Source: Acaryochloris marina MBIC11017 (GTDB taxonomy: Bacteria; Cyanobacteriota; Cyanobacteriia; Thermosynechococcales; Thermosynechococcaceae). Taken from it: a stretch of DNA of 32,000 bases. The stretch covers positions 120,001 to 152,000 of the forward strand of contig NC_009932.1 in the NCBI RefSeq assembly GCF_000018105.1. Direction: 5' to 3'. Position 1 is the stretch's first letter, and every line of letters starts with the position of its first letter. Made by a program: the position numbers and the translations under genes. Shown piece by piece: positions 1-8,575 of the stretch. Under the pieces are notes generated by a model. That model was not told the origin of the DNA. It did not search any database and saw only the letters and a program-made list of their open reading frames with translations.

Positions 1-538
1 ATGCACCAAACAGAGAATGTAAACAGCGATCGACCCGACAAGTTTCTGGAATACCATTATGATCTTCTGGATTTGCATAGTCATACCGCTTCTCCAGTTC
101 AATGCGTGGCACCTCATTGGGGGCATCCCCATAAACTTTATTTGTACTCATATGAATGAACACAGCCTCTGGGGAGAACTGACGGGTAGCCTCTAAAAGG
201 TTAACAGTCCCTAATGCATTCACCTCAAAGTCAAGCAAAGGAATTTGACAGGCTTTATCATGAGATGGCTGAGCTGCACAGTGAATGATTAAATCGAATT
301 TTTCTGCTTCAAATAATTCAAAAATACTTTGGCGATCACGAATATCGATACTGTGATGAGAAAAGTTCTGAGTACCCTCTTTAAGACGACTTAGATTCCA
401 AAGCGTATCGCCTTGCGCACCAAAAAATTCGGCGCGCATATTGTTGTCAACTCCGAACACTTGACAGCCTTCGTGGTCATAATACTCAACTGCCTCTGAA
501 CCAATAAGTCCACTAGAACCCGTAACTAATACCTTCAC
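1..538 (-). CDS. NAD-dependent epimerase/dehydratase (extended SDR), N-terminal ~179 codons; the 3' end runs off the window
   Basis: Absent from the ORF track because there is no stop inside the window. Reverse translation from GTG (538-536) gives [20 protein letters not shown]...[13 protein letters not shown]...[12 protein letters not shown]. This shows a Rossmann GxxGxxG and a sugar-nucleotide epimerase core. GGAGG (548-544) lies 5 nt upstream of the start. Confidence 0.8.
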   Translation of the reverse strand, partial: MKVLVTGSSGLIGSEAVEYYDHEGCQVFGVDNNMRAEFFGAQGDTLWNLSRLKEGTQNFSHHSIDIRDRQSIFELFEAEKFDLIIHCAAQPSHDKACQIPLLDFEVNALGTVNLLEATRQFSPEAVFIHMSTNKVYGDAPNEVPRIELEKRYDYANPEDHNGIPETCRVDRCLHSLFGA

Positions 539-580
539 ACAAACCTCCTATCACTCATCAAAAAAAACATTCAGAAAACT

Positions 581-1837
581 TTAAACAACAGCTGGCAACA
601 CATTTGCTTCATTCAAAATTTCTGAAAAAACCGTGCGAATTTGTTCAATTGAATGCAACCGATAATAGCCTTCAAAGTCAGGATTTAGCTCACTCAAAGC
701 CTGATCAGAGCAATCGCAAAGATAGCGCAACGCGTCAATACACCTCGCCACATCTCCTTCGGGCATGGTTACACCTAACCTAAATTTTTCAATCCGAGCC
801 GCCATACAATAACCTTCACTGACAATGATCGGCTTTTTGAAGAGGGCTGCTTTTGTTAATAAGTTACTGCTGTAGGGGAAATTTTCATAGGCTGCGAATA
901 AAACATCGCAGGTATCAATCATGCTATTAAAAGCATAACCATCTGGAACAAATTCAAAGTGAAAATAGCAGTTAGAGGGCGGTTCATCTCGCATTTTTTT
1001 GATCTGCTGAAATTCATCTCCAAACCGCTGATCAAAGTCTTGATGAAACATCGTTTCATCAAGTGCGCCCGCAAACACAAAAAACCAGTTTTCCTGAACC
1101 GACTGTCGCGCCACTTCCAGTAGAGTTAGGATCCCCTTGCGCTTGCTTAATGCACCAATGAGTCCGACAATCTTACGATCTCCTGCCTTTTGGCGAATTT
1201 CCTTGATCAGCTCATAGTCAGTCTGAGGTTGCGTTTCATCCGTAATGTCGGGGAAAGCAACCACAGTTTTTCCTAAATCCTCCTGTATATCATCCACCAG
1301 CTCTTCATTGAGCATTGCCAGAGCGTAACACCGGGGAGATCGGGCGATCGCATAGTGGGCTAAGGGTTTGCTAAGTCCCTTTAGGGAGCGTTGCCCAAAT
1401 CTCAAAATGCCTGGACGAAAATAAAGTCCAGCCCAATTGTAAGGAAATACCGCATCAATAATGTGGTGTACTAAGTAGTAGCTGAGGTAGTTGTCAAGCC
1501 AGTTAAAAAAAACGTAGTCAGGAGAGTGACCGATCTCTTCTGAAGCATTACGGATAGACTTTGCTAAGTGCTGCCACCTTTCAATCACCGCAATGGGTCC
1601 GGGAACAGTGCCTAACACTGGAACTCGCCGCCGCTTATGCTTATGCATCTCGAAGGTCCATAGACGATCACGATAGGCTGGGCAGTGCTCTTCAATCCAA
1701 TCGGTAAGATCTACAGGTCTAGGATAAAAAGCCATCACCTGATACTGCTGCTCAAGTAAAGTTTTACTGAATAACCTCAAATAAGTAAGGTGATGACCGT
1801 TTCCAGAATTAGTTTCAATTAACGCAATTGTTTTCAT
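581..1837 (-). CDS. Glycosyltransferase (GT-B fold, GT1/GT4-like)
   Basis: 437-aa track ORF. I prefer the ATG at 1837 (MKTIALIETNSG...) over the non-ATG start at 1894. The C-terminal half reads GLIGALSKRKGILTLLEVA...FVFAG...KPIIVSEGY, typical of retaining GT-B enzymes. It ends 42 nt upstream of the epimerase on the same strand, so it is likely co-transcribed. Confidence 0.6.
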   Translation of the reverse strand: MKTIALIETNSGNGHHLTYLRLFSKTLLEQQYQVMAFYPRPVDLTDWIEEHCPAYRDRLWTFEMHKHKRRRVPVLGTVPGPIAVIERWQHLAKSIRNASEEIGHSPDYVFFNWLDNYLSYYLVHHIIDAVFPYNWAGLYFRPGILRFGQRSLKGLSKPLAHYAIARSPRCYALAMLNEELVDDIQEDLGKTVVAFPDITDETQPQTDYELIKEIRQKAGDRKIVGLIGALSKRKGILTLLEVARQSVQENWFFVFAGALDETMFHQDFDQRFGDEFQQIKKMRDEPPSNCYFHFEFVPDGYAFNSMIDTCDVLFAAYENFPYSSNLLTKAALFKKPIIVSEGYCMAARIEKFRLGVTMPEGDVARCIDALRYLCDCSDQALSELNPDFEGYYRLHSIEQIRTVFSEILNEANVLPAVV

Positions 1838-1897
1838 AATTAATAAATAGGCTCTAAGGTGTCGCCATCGGAGAGGAGTTGCCAGAGACAACAACCT

Positions 1898-2241
1898 TCA
1901 ATGGTCAATTGACGGCCAATCAGTGCGATTGCATTTAAGTAAAATTCAATGAAATATAATACAGACAGCGTTGATATTACATTAAAGGCTCATGTTGAGG
2001 TTAGTAACCCTCCCATGATCCGTTGTACAGTGCAAGATGATGGTGTGGGTATCGACTCTTAAAAAATCAATTCTCTCTTTGGAGTTTAACTCTTGGCCAA
2101 TCTGATTCTCTCATCACTGAGTATGGTCTTGGTCTCTATATTTGTCGAAAAATTATTGAAGCTCACGGGGGTACCATTGGCGTTGAAACCTCTGCTGATG
2201 GCGGAGCTACATTTTGGTTTCTGCTGGAATTGTCCACTTGA
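1898..2241 (+). pseudogene. Histidine kinase remnant: HATPase_c domain only, with stops and a frameshift
   Basis: The frame ending at TGA 2239-2241 reads ...LGQSDSLITEYGLGLYICRKIIEAHGGTIGVETSADGGATFWFLLELST (G2 box and C-terminus). A different frame upstream reads DITLKAHVEVSNPPMIRCTVQDDGVGIDS and then hits a stop (G1 box DxGxG). An N-box-like ISAIAFK is flanked by stops at 1910 and 1940. No HisKA domain is present. Confidence 0.7.
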
Positions 2242-2476
2242 CTAAGTCAGTCCAGAAGGAAGACACCTGTAGATTTTTCCAGGTTTTCTGCCCTGCATTG
2301 GGGTTGCATTCACTATAGAATCGCCAAGTGAGGATATTCCCATAGAATCTGTCATGCATGATGAATGTCAATTTCCCTTTTCTAACTGATTACTCAGTAA
2401 CTCCTGGATTTCCTCTACCATAAATAGTTTTGTCACATATCTTTGTCCATAATCCACTCCCATAGTGCGTGTCTAT

Positions 2477-2743
2477 ATGACGAATAGCGATTCTCAAAGA
2501 TGGACCGATGATCGGCTTGACGCCCTTGCAGCCTCTACTCAGAGTTTGCTAGATGCAACTCAGGCTAATACTGCCACAATTGGTCAAGTCCTTGAGCAGC
2601 AAAAAGTTACAGATAAGAAAATCGAATTATTGATTGAAGGTCAGCTAGCAATGCAGACCTTACATGGTCAATTGGCAGAGCAGACATCGCAGCTCAAGCG
2701 TGCCGTTGACTATTTATTGAGTAAGGATGGCGGACAATTCTGA
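2477..2743 (+). CDS. Hypothetical small coiled-coil protein
   Basis: Track ORF 2465-2743; the ATG at 2477 is preferred. Heptad-like, Gln/Leu-rich sequence. It ends 3 nt before the next ORF. Confidence 0.45.
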   Translation: MTNSDSQRWTDDRLDALAASTQSLLDATQANTATIGQVLEQQKVTDKKIELLIEGQLAMQTLHGQLAEQTSQLKRAVDYLLSKDGGQF

Positions 2744-2746
2744 TCA

Positions 2747-2974
2747 ATGGAATCTGACGAAATCATCATCCGCTACTATCACCAACCGAAACCTGTAATG
2801 GTTGATCCTGGGAAGAGCCACCCCTGTTACGAGCCTGATTTATTGCTCGGTTGGATTTGCAAGGGTGACTCCAAAAAACCTGTACTCAAGAAATTCCCTG
2901 ATGCTGAGATAGTGGCTAAGGTTAAACCCGATACTAAGCCCAAAACTCGGACCAAGCTCAGAAGAATCCAATAA
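2747..2974 (+). CDS. Hypothetical protein with a Lys-rich tail
   Basis: 75-aa ORF starting 3 nt after the previous stop. No family recognised. Confidence 0.4.
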   Translation: MESDEIIIRYYHQPKPVMVDPGKSHPCYEPDLLLGWICKGDSKKPVLKKFPDAEIVAKVKPDTKPKTRTKLRRIQ

Positions 2975-3124
2975 TGTAGCATCCCCAAGTAAAGACACGG
3001 AGCAGAGTAGAAGAATGTGATCATGGTCGGTGGAGTTGCGATCTCAATTCCAGTATTGCCATTGCCATCCAATTGAGCATCTCAAGCACTCGTTTTTCCT
3101 GGCTGGCTTCACATCTCAAGCTGA

Positions 3125-3355
3125 TCACTTTTCAACGTTGGTTAGCCTTGACCGGAGGGCATTAGATCTGAAATGGTGTAACTTCATAGGAGAGGTTTGA
3201 TAACGCCTAGATTTTAGATGTTTTTGGGTGGATTGATGATAGCGAGTGGTTAACTCAAGAGGGAACCGTTCGCGGCAACGATCACAATACCAATACAACT
3301 GGTTTTTATGAATGTGCAACAAAAGATCGCCTGAGCAAAGAATGCAGTCAGACAT
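3125..3355 (-). CDS. Small 4-Cys zinc-ribbon protein, paralog of 12571-12780
   Basis: MSDCILCSGDLLLHIHKNQLYWYCDRCRERFP has two CxxC pairs. The N-terminal ~32 residues share the same pattern as the ORF at 12571-12780. Confidence 0.55.
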   Translation of the reverse strand: MSDCILCSGDLLLHIHKNQLYWYCDRCRERFPLELTTRYHQSTQKHLKSRRYQTSPMKLHHFRSNALRSRLTNVEK

Positions 3356-3611
3356 TGTGAAGACCTGAGTGGGGAAATGTGAGTCAGAGTCTAACCTAAC
3401 AAACCCTAATTTTGTCTCCTTAAAAAATAAATCCTAGGTGAGTGTAGTTTACAAGGCGAAATCTCCAGCAAGTTCTCTCAGGTCTGCCGTTTGTTGAGAT
3501 TGCTGTGGGAGAATTCATGGTTTTAATTGCTATCAAACGTATTCCCCAAAACAAAAAAATTGATAAAAATCACCATAATAAAAGGAATGAATCACTCTTT
3601 TATAAACTCCC

Positions 3612-4205
3612 ATGAAATCTACCTCCGAACGCTATAACAGCCTTGCCAGTTCCTATATAAAACTCTCTGACGAATTTCATCAGCTCGACGTGGCCCACAT
3701 GGACCTTAAGCAAAAACTGCTACCCGCCATTAAAGCTATCAAAAACTATCAATCCTTAACCCATCAGCTTCAGCAAGACAACACCAAACTCGAACAAACC
3801 ATTCAAACCCTCACAGATCAACAGCAACGCCTAGAGGAAGACCAGCGCACCCTAAAAGCAAAGGAGGTAGAACAGTCGATAATAATCAATGCGCTAACCG
3901 ATGAGAAAACTAACCTCCAAGCTGCCCTAGAAGAGTTTCAAGCCAAGTATGATGCCTTGGCCGATTTTGAATCCTTGCTACAGTCTGGACCTCAAGCTGT
4001 TCTGGCAGAGGCTGAACAGCAGATGCTACTGGTAGAAGAAACCTTACAAGAGATAGCCCTCAACAGCGATCCTGACCTGAGTGAAAATGAGCAGCAGCTC
4101 ATAGAGGCTTATCAGGATGAGGATGAAAGCTTATTCATCTCAACGGAAATCTCAAAGGATAGCAGCAGTCTAAAAATTCCAAACATCTTATCCTTCGTTG
4201 CTTAG
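3612..4205 (+). CDS. Hypothetical coiled-coil protein with an acidic C-terminus
   Basis: 197-aa ORF, Q/E/L-rich, followed by a hairpin plus T-run. Confidence 0.55.
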   Translation: MKSTSERYNSLASSYIKLSDEFHQLDVAHMDLKQKLLPAIKAIKNYQSLTHQLQQDNTKLEQTIQTLTDQQQRLEEDQRTLKAKEVEQSIIINALTDEKTNLQAALEEFQAKYDALADFESLLQSGPQAVLAEAEQQMLLVEETLQEIALNSDPDLSENEQQLIEAYQDEDESLFISTEISKDSSSLKIPNILSFVA

Positions 4206-4243
4206 ACAACTATTAAACTGGGGCTTTCATGAGAATCTGACAA

Positions 4244-4277
4244 CTCCCCTGAAGTTGAATCTTCCAGGGGAGTTTTT
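4244..4277 (+). terminator. Rho-independent terminator candidate
   Basis: CTCCCCTG (4244-4251) pairs with CAGGGGAG (4265-4272) and is followed by TTTTT (4273-4277). It lies 39 nt after the stop of 3612-4205. Confidence 0.6.
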
Positions 4278-4296
4278 ATGTCTTAGGTTTAATAAC

Positions 4297-4524
4297 TCAA
4301 GCAACTTTGCTCAAATGAATATGCTTTCGCCCTAAGGAGATTTCGAACTCATCTCCTGGTTGCAGGTTCATTTTCTTGGTGTAGGCACTTCCCAACAATA
4401 GTTTGCCGTCAGTTTGTACGCTAATGCGATAGCTAGGATTGTGGCCTCTTAGTTGCTCGTTACTCTCACCTTTCGCATCCAGGTCCATCCCTTTTGCTGC
4501 CAATACTGCATTTAGAAAGGCCAT
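4297..4524 (-). CDS. cyAbrB-family transcriptional regulator, C-terminal AbrB-domain ORF; the N-terminal half is present upstream but cut off from its ATG
   Basis: ...SYRISVQTDGKLLLGSAYTKKMNLQPGDEFEISLGRKHIHLSKV aligns with the intact paralog at 28771-29148. The same frame stays open and homologous up to 4662 (see findings). Confidence 0.7.
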   Translation of the reverse strand: MAFLNAVLAAKGMDLDAKGESNEQLRGHNPSYRISVQTDGKLLLGSAYTKKMNLQPGDEFEISLGRKHIHLSKVA

Positions 4525-4857
4525 GACATTAATGCGCTCAATTCCATTAAGAGTAACTTTGTAATACTCACAGGCTTTTGCTTTCTCTTCACAGGTGGCC
4601 TGCTTAAGTTGTTTGACTGTAGCAATAAGTGCATCCCAAATTAACGGTTTAGGGTTGATTGCTTATTTCTGAACATTGAATTGAATGTGGGTTGGTATAT
4701 ATCAAGATATATAAAATAACAAAGACAATCTCTTATCACTTTTATTTGAGATGTCAACGGAAATCACAAAAATTGAAATCTCGTAATTCTGCACTTTATT
4801 AAAATAAAATTAAAGTAGTTATTTAGAAGTGAATTATGTTTTATAGGGGATCGAAGC

Positions 4858-5121
4858 ATGCTGTACGAAAAAACCATTTCCTTTGAAGATTATAAACAAG
4901 ATAAACCCAATATTTTGGGGAGACAACTAGGAATTAGCTTAAAATTCCACCACAGTAATATATTACAAAAACTCTCTCAAGAGGCTGCATTGCAAGCTAT
5001 GGTAGAAGCCTGGCAGTCTTGCCATTCTAAGCAGACCTATGAGTGTTCTAGTAAAGATTTCACTATTACTGTGCCCAGTCAAGAAATGGCTAATATATTG
5101 GAATGCAGGAATTTACTGTGA
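4858..5121 (+). CDS. Hypothetical protein
   Basis: 87-aa ORF after an AT-rich spacer. No family recognised. Confidence 0.3.
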   Translation: MLYEKTISFEDYKQDKPNILGRQLGISLKFHHSNILQKLSQEAALQAMVEAWQSCHSKQTYECSSKDFTITVPSQEMANILECRNLL

Positions 5122-5265
5122 AGTTGAGTCAATTTTTCGGTGATAGGCTACTCTTTATATTTTGCACCACAGGTATCTAAATTGACACCCTTTGATATGT
5201 CTAGCCTAAACAAAAAAGCAGCCAGATAATACAATATGAATGCTGAAATTAGATACAAGTTCACC

Positions 5266-5679
5266 TCATAGATTGCTAGGTTGCACCGCTTGCAGGCGAA
5301 TCTCCCGGATCCAAACCTTAGTAAATTGTCCTAATTCTTTCCCTGGCGTCATCAGTTGTTCAATTCCCTCTCCAAGTTGAGCGATAAATCTCTTCCGCCA
5401 TCGGTCCCAATCCGCCTGGGTGGGGTAATCCAGATCCTCACAAAATTCTGCCCAGCTTGATTGCTGAAATGCTGAAGCCAGCATAGACGTTTCTACCTCT
5501 CTAACCTGAATTAGATGGAGATCAATCAGCTCTTGAATAAATGGAGGATGACCGTTCCTAAGCTCACTGCTATCAACCACTGGAAACTCATAGGAAAGCT
5601 GCAGTTCCTCTACAGAATGTTTTTTGGCTATTCTTAGGAGTTCTAACTGTTGTTGAGTCAGGTTTGGGATATGAACCAT
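5266..5679 (-). CDS. Hypothetical protein
   Basis: 137-aa ORF on the same strand as, and downstream of, the HTH/DUF29 pair. No family recognised. Confidence 0.45.
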   Translation of the reverse strand: MVHIPNLTQQQLELLRIAKKHSVEELQLSYEFPVVDSSELRNGHPPFIQELIDLHLIQVREVETSMLASAFQQSSWAEFCEDLDYPTQADWDRWRKRFIAQLGEGIEQLMTPGKELGQFTKVWIREIRLQAVQPSNL

Positions 5680-5756
5680 AACGGATCTGCATCGATCAGT
5701 CTAAAGTGGTTGATTTGAGTTTCACTGAAGAAATGACTCTAGGCCATCCATACCAT

Positions 5757-6203
5757 CTAGTCATCACTGTTGATTAACTCCCATGCTTTAACTCTGATAC
5801 TCTCAGGGCATTGCATAGGAAAAGTGGAAATATCTAGCCTTGTTTCATTGGCAGCATCTCGACGTGCCCGCTTATAGCAGAGATCAAAGGACTCTTCAAG
5901 GTGGCGGCGCAGGGAGGGGCGATCTTCAAATTCATCTTTTATCTGGTTCGCAGCATCAACGATGGTGATATCCCAGCTATCAGTGTGCTTAGAGGGCTGA
6001 TATTTTATCTTCAGTAAGTGCCAAAGCATTCGTTTGAGCTGGCTTTTTACCTTGTCTCGATGGCGGTTACCCACATCCTCAACTTCCTCAATCAAGTTTT
6101 CTAGGTCGAGTAAGTCAAACCGACCATCTCGTAACAATTGAGCCTGTCGATCAGCCCACTCCACGACATCACGGTCATACAGAGTGCGTGTGTTAGTGGT
6201 CAT
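5757..6203 (-). CDS. DUF29 family protein
   Basis: LYDRDVVEWADRQAQLLRDGRFDLLDLENLIEEVEDVGNRHRDKVKSQLKRMLWHLLKIKYQP is the canonical DUF29 N-terminus, a family abundant in cyanobacteria. Confidence 0.85.
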   Translation of the reverse strand: MTTNTRTLYDRDVVEWADRQAQLLRDGRFDLLDLENLIEEVEDVGNRHRDKVKSQLKRMLWHLLKIKYQPSKHTDSWDITIVDAANQIKDEFEDRPSLRRHLEESFDLCYKRARRDAANETRLDISTFPMQCPESIRVKAWELINSDD

Positions 6204-6439
6204 GGTTTGTCCTCTTTCTCACGAATCAAGAGATCTCCAGGGCTGCAATCTAAAAATTCGCATATTTTATCTAAGGTTTCATGAGTCAAACGGGGCATAA
6301 CCTCTGACTTTCTGAGTCGATAGACAGAATTTTCATGAATCCCCATGAATTGCGCTAGATCACGACTTGTTTTTCTTTGAATAGATAAAAGCTCATGAAG
6401 CTTCCACTTAATCACTGCTTGGTGCATAGTTTTCATCAT
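6200..6439 (-). CDS. Cro/CI-type (XRE, HTH_26-like) transcriptional regulator
   Basis: ...RKTSRDLAQFMGIHENSVYRLRKSEVMPRLTHETLDKICEFLDCSPGDLL. The ATGA overlap at 6200-6203 couples it to the DUF29 gene. Alternative starts are GTG at 6457 and ATG at 6427. Confidence 0.8.
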   Translation of the reverse strand: MMKTMHQAVIKWKLHELLSIQRKTSRDLAQFMGIHENSVYRLRKSEVMPRLTHETLDKICEFLDCSPGDLLIREKEDKP

Positions 6440-6488
6440 TAAGATCCTAGCACTCACATTTTAGCACCAATAATTCTACGTTAAAGTG

Positions 6489-6517
6489 TTGATTATCATA
6501 GTCTAGATGTGTATAAT
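6489..6517 (+). promoter_or_regulatory. Sigma70-type promoter candidate for the rightward cassette
   Basis: TTGATT (6489-6494), a 17-nt spacer, then a perfect TATAAT (6512-6517). It lies in the gap between the divergent HTH gene and the first rightward ORF. Confidence 0.5.
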
Positions 6518-6596
6518 AGGTACATAAGCAAAGGGCACCACCTCCGACCAAAGAAACGATGCCCTCGCTGAAAAAACCCTAGATAGGTTTAATCTT

Positions 6597-6971
6597 ATGT
6601 ATTCTACAGTTCTTAAGCCTTTAACCACTCAGCAACAAACCCAGCCAGATATGTGGCTGGTTCAGACTGAAGCCGATGGAATAGCCTTCATTAACGAACA
6701 CACTGAAGATCCTCTTTGCCCTCCCTATACTCTGGCTTGCGTCCTACTCAAGGACTGCGGCCCCTTCGATTCGGATATCGATATTGATTTCGATGAGCAT
6801 TGGGTGTTGATGGTGACCCGCAAGCCGACCCCTGAGGAGCGCACGACTCAAACCCGGATCGAAAACTGGGTTCTTTATCACCATGAGCTTAAGGGTGCTC
6901 TCAGTGACTGGTACACCGTTCAGGCCGATCAGACGGTTCGAGCTGAGAACGATTACGACGACGAATTCTAA
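6597..6971 (+). CDS. Hypothetical acidic protein
   Basis: 124-aa ORF, the first gene of the rightward cassette. Confidence 0.5.
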   Translation: MYSTVLKPLTTQQQTQPDMWLVQTEADGIAFINEHTEDPLCPPYTLACVLLKDCGPFDSDIDIDFDEHWVLMVTRKPTPEERTTQTRIENWVLYHHELKGALSDWYTVQADQTVRAENDYDDEF

Positions 6972-6979
6972 GAATTTCT

Positions 6980-6997
6980 AGGGGCACCTTTGCCCCT
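6980..6997 (+). other. GC hairpin without a U-tract
   Basis: AGGGGCA (6980-6986), loop cctt, then TGCCCCT (6991-6997). It starts 9 nt after the stop at 6971. Confidence 0.35.
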
Positions 6998-7041
6998 CCC
7001 ACTTCACTTACACCCACTCGCTACATAGGGGACTAAATATC

Positions 7042-7419
7042 ATGATCACCGCTGAAGACCTTCAGATCGAACTCGCGCATTGTCATTGCAGTGAATCTCA
7101 CTATCAGCATTGGCTGGGTATCCGTTACACAGAAGGCGTCAAAACACTCGCAGAGAAAGGGGAATGTTTCTGGCTCCTCGACGTGATCGCAAGTTATCAA
7201 CGGGTGCGACTCATCAAGTGCAATCCCAACCTCCAAGAATTCCAGCTTTGGTTGCTGACCGTAAACGACGACCATAGCGCTGTCTTAGCCTGCTACGAAG
7301 ACAGCGCTAGTACTTGCAGCCCTGTCATTACCCAAGATATTCCCTTCACTGATTTCGTCCTGCCAGAAATCAAGCTGTATGTGGAATACGGCGTTGTGCT
7401 GCTGCCGTCTGAGCATTAA
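7042..7419 (+). CDS. DUF6876-like protein, a family seen on plasmids, ICEs and phages
   Basis: ...SESHYQHWLGIRYTEGVKTLAEKGECFWLLDVIASYQ...EFQLWLLTV matches my recollection of the DUF6876 pattern (W/Y-x-H..., YTEGV, AYWL-D-IA). Recognised by eye only. Confidence 0.5.
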   Translation: MITAEDLQIELAHCHCSESHYQHWLGIRYTEGVKTLAEKGECFWLLDVIASYQRVRLIKCNPNLQEFQLWLLTVNDDHSAVLACYEDSASTCSPVITQDIPFTDFVLPEIKLYVEYGVVLLPSEH

Positions 7420-7484
7420 TCTCCCTGGCCTGGGTGGTGCCTAACCACCCGCCGCTACATTCCAACCTCAGCGAGATTTCAACA

Positions 7485-8468
7485 ATGAACCCTCAAGACT
7501 ATGATCGGACGATCATCATGTTCTCTGGTGGCAAAGATTCTTTGGCCTGCATCCTCTGGGCCATCGAGAACAACTGCCCCAAAATTGAGCTTTGGCATCA
7601 CCTTGTAGACGGGTTGCCCGTGCAAGGCCAGACCGCTTCCACCCTGATGGATTGGCCGATCACATCAACCTACTGCAAGGCTGTGGCCCAATTGCTTTCC
7701 ATCCCCATCTATTTTTCTTGGCTGGACGGTGGCTTTGAGCGTGAGATGAACCGCTCCAATCAAGCCAAAGCAAAAACTTGGTTTGAAGCGCCTGATGGAC
7801 TGCGCTCTGCTGGTGGCAATGGTGGTAAGCAATCTACGCGCCAGAAATTTCCCCAAATCTCCGCTGATTTAAGCATCCGGTGGTGTTCGGCGTATCTCAA
7901 GGTGGATGTTTCTGCGATCGCAATTCGGAATCAACCCCGATTTAACGACTCCAAAACATTAGTGATTACTGGGGAACGGGCCGAGGAGTCTCCTTCACGG
8001 GCCAAGTATGCAGAGTTTGAGCCAGATCGGACTGACAACCGTAACGGCAAATCCAAGCGCCATGTGGATCGATTTCGCCCGATTCATGGCTGGAAGGAGT
8101 CGGAGGTCTGGGCCATCATTCAACGACATGGCATCATCCCCCATCCTGCCTATCATCTCGGCTGGGGTCGTTTGTCCTGCATGTCCTGTATCTTTGGCAG
8201 TGCTAACCAGTGGGCCACTATCCGTAAGATTGCGCCAGCTCATTTTGAGCGGATCGCTAACTATGAACAGCAATTCGATACCACAATTCAGCGTCAACGG
8301 TCAGTCCGTGAGATGGCCAACCTAGGAACACCCTACGCCGAAGCCAATAATAGTCAACTCGTGGAAATAGCTCTTTCCAGTGAGTGGGGGGATTATCCTA
8401 TCTGGACCCATCTCCAAGCCTGGGCCTTGCCTGCCGGGGCTTATGGCGAGAGCAATGGACCGACTTAG
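7485..8468 (+). CDS. PAPS-reductase / DndC / IbrA-like PP-loop ATPase
   Basis: PP-loop IIMFSGGKDSLACILWA, then IRWCSAYLK and GRLSCMSCIF Cys motifs. The ATG at 7485 is preferred over the track start at 7434. Confidence 0.8.
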   Translation: MNPQDYDRTIIMFSGGKDSLACILWAIENNCPKIELWHHLVDGLPVQGQTASTLMDWPITSTYCKAVAQLLSIPIYFSWLDGGFEREMNRSNQAKAKTWFEAPDGLRSAGGNGGKQSTRQKFPQISADLSIRWCSAYLKVDVSAIAIRNQPRFNDSKTLVITGERAEESPSRAKYAEFEPDRTDNRNGKSKRHVDRFRPIHGWKESEVWAIIQRHGIIPHPAYHLGWGRLSCMSCIFGSANQWATIRKIAPAHFERIANYEQQFDTTIQRQRSVREMANLGTPYAEANNSQLVEIALSSEWGDYPIWTHLQAWALPAGAYGESNGPT

Positions 8469-8575
8469 GGGGCAGTTATGAATGCTTACACAATTCTCTA
8501 TTGCCTAATCTGGCAATCCATCTATTTTTCACTCTTTCTCTATTTCTTCATCCCCTTCGCTTCAGAGGATAAACA

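Noticed and set aside
2827-3072. 81-aa minus-strand ORF.
   Set aside because: It overlaps the 3' half of 2747-2974 on the opposite strand and has no start context. Its hydrophobic, low-complexity product is not convincing. The evidence for either ORF is weak, so only the operon-linked plus-strand one was kept.
7033-8572. ORFs 7033-7275 (-), 7665-7856 (-), 7995-8297 (-), 8008-8325 (+) and 8384-8572 (+).
   Set aside because: They overlap the DUF6876-like and PP-loop genes, which have recognisable motifs and ribosome-binding sites. The alternative frames give Arg/Ser/Pro-biased products with no motifs.
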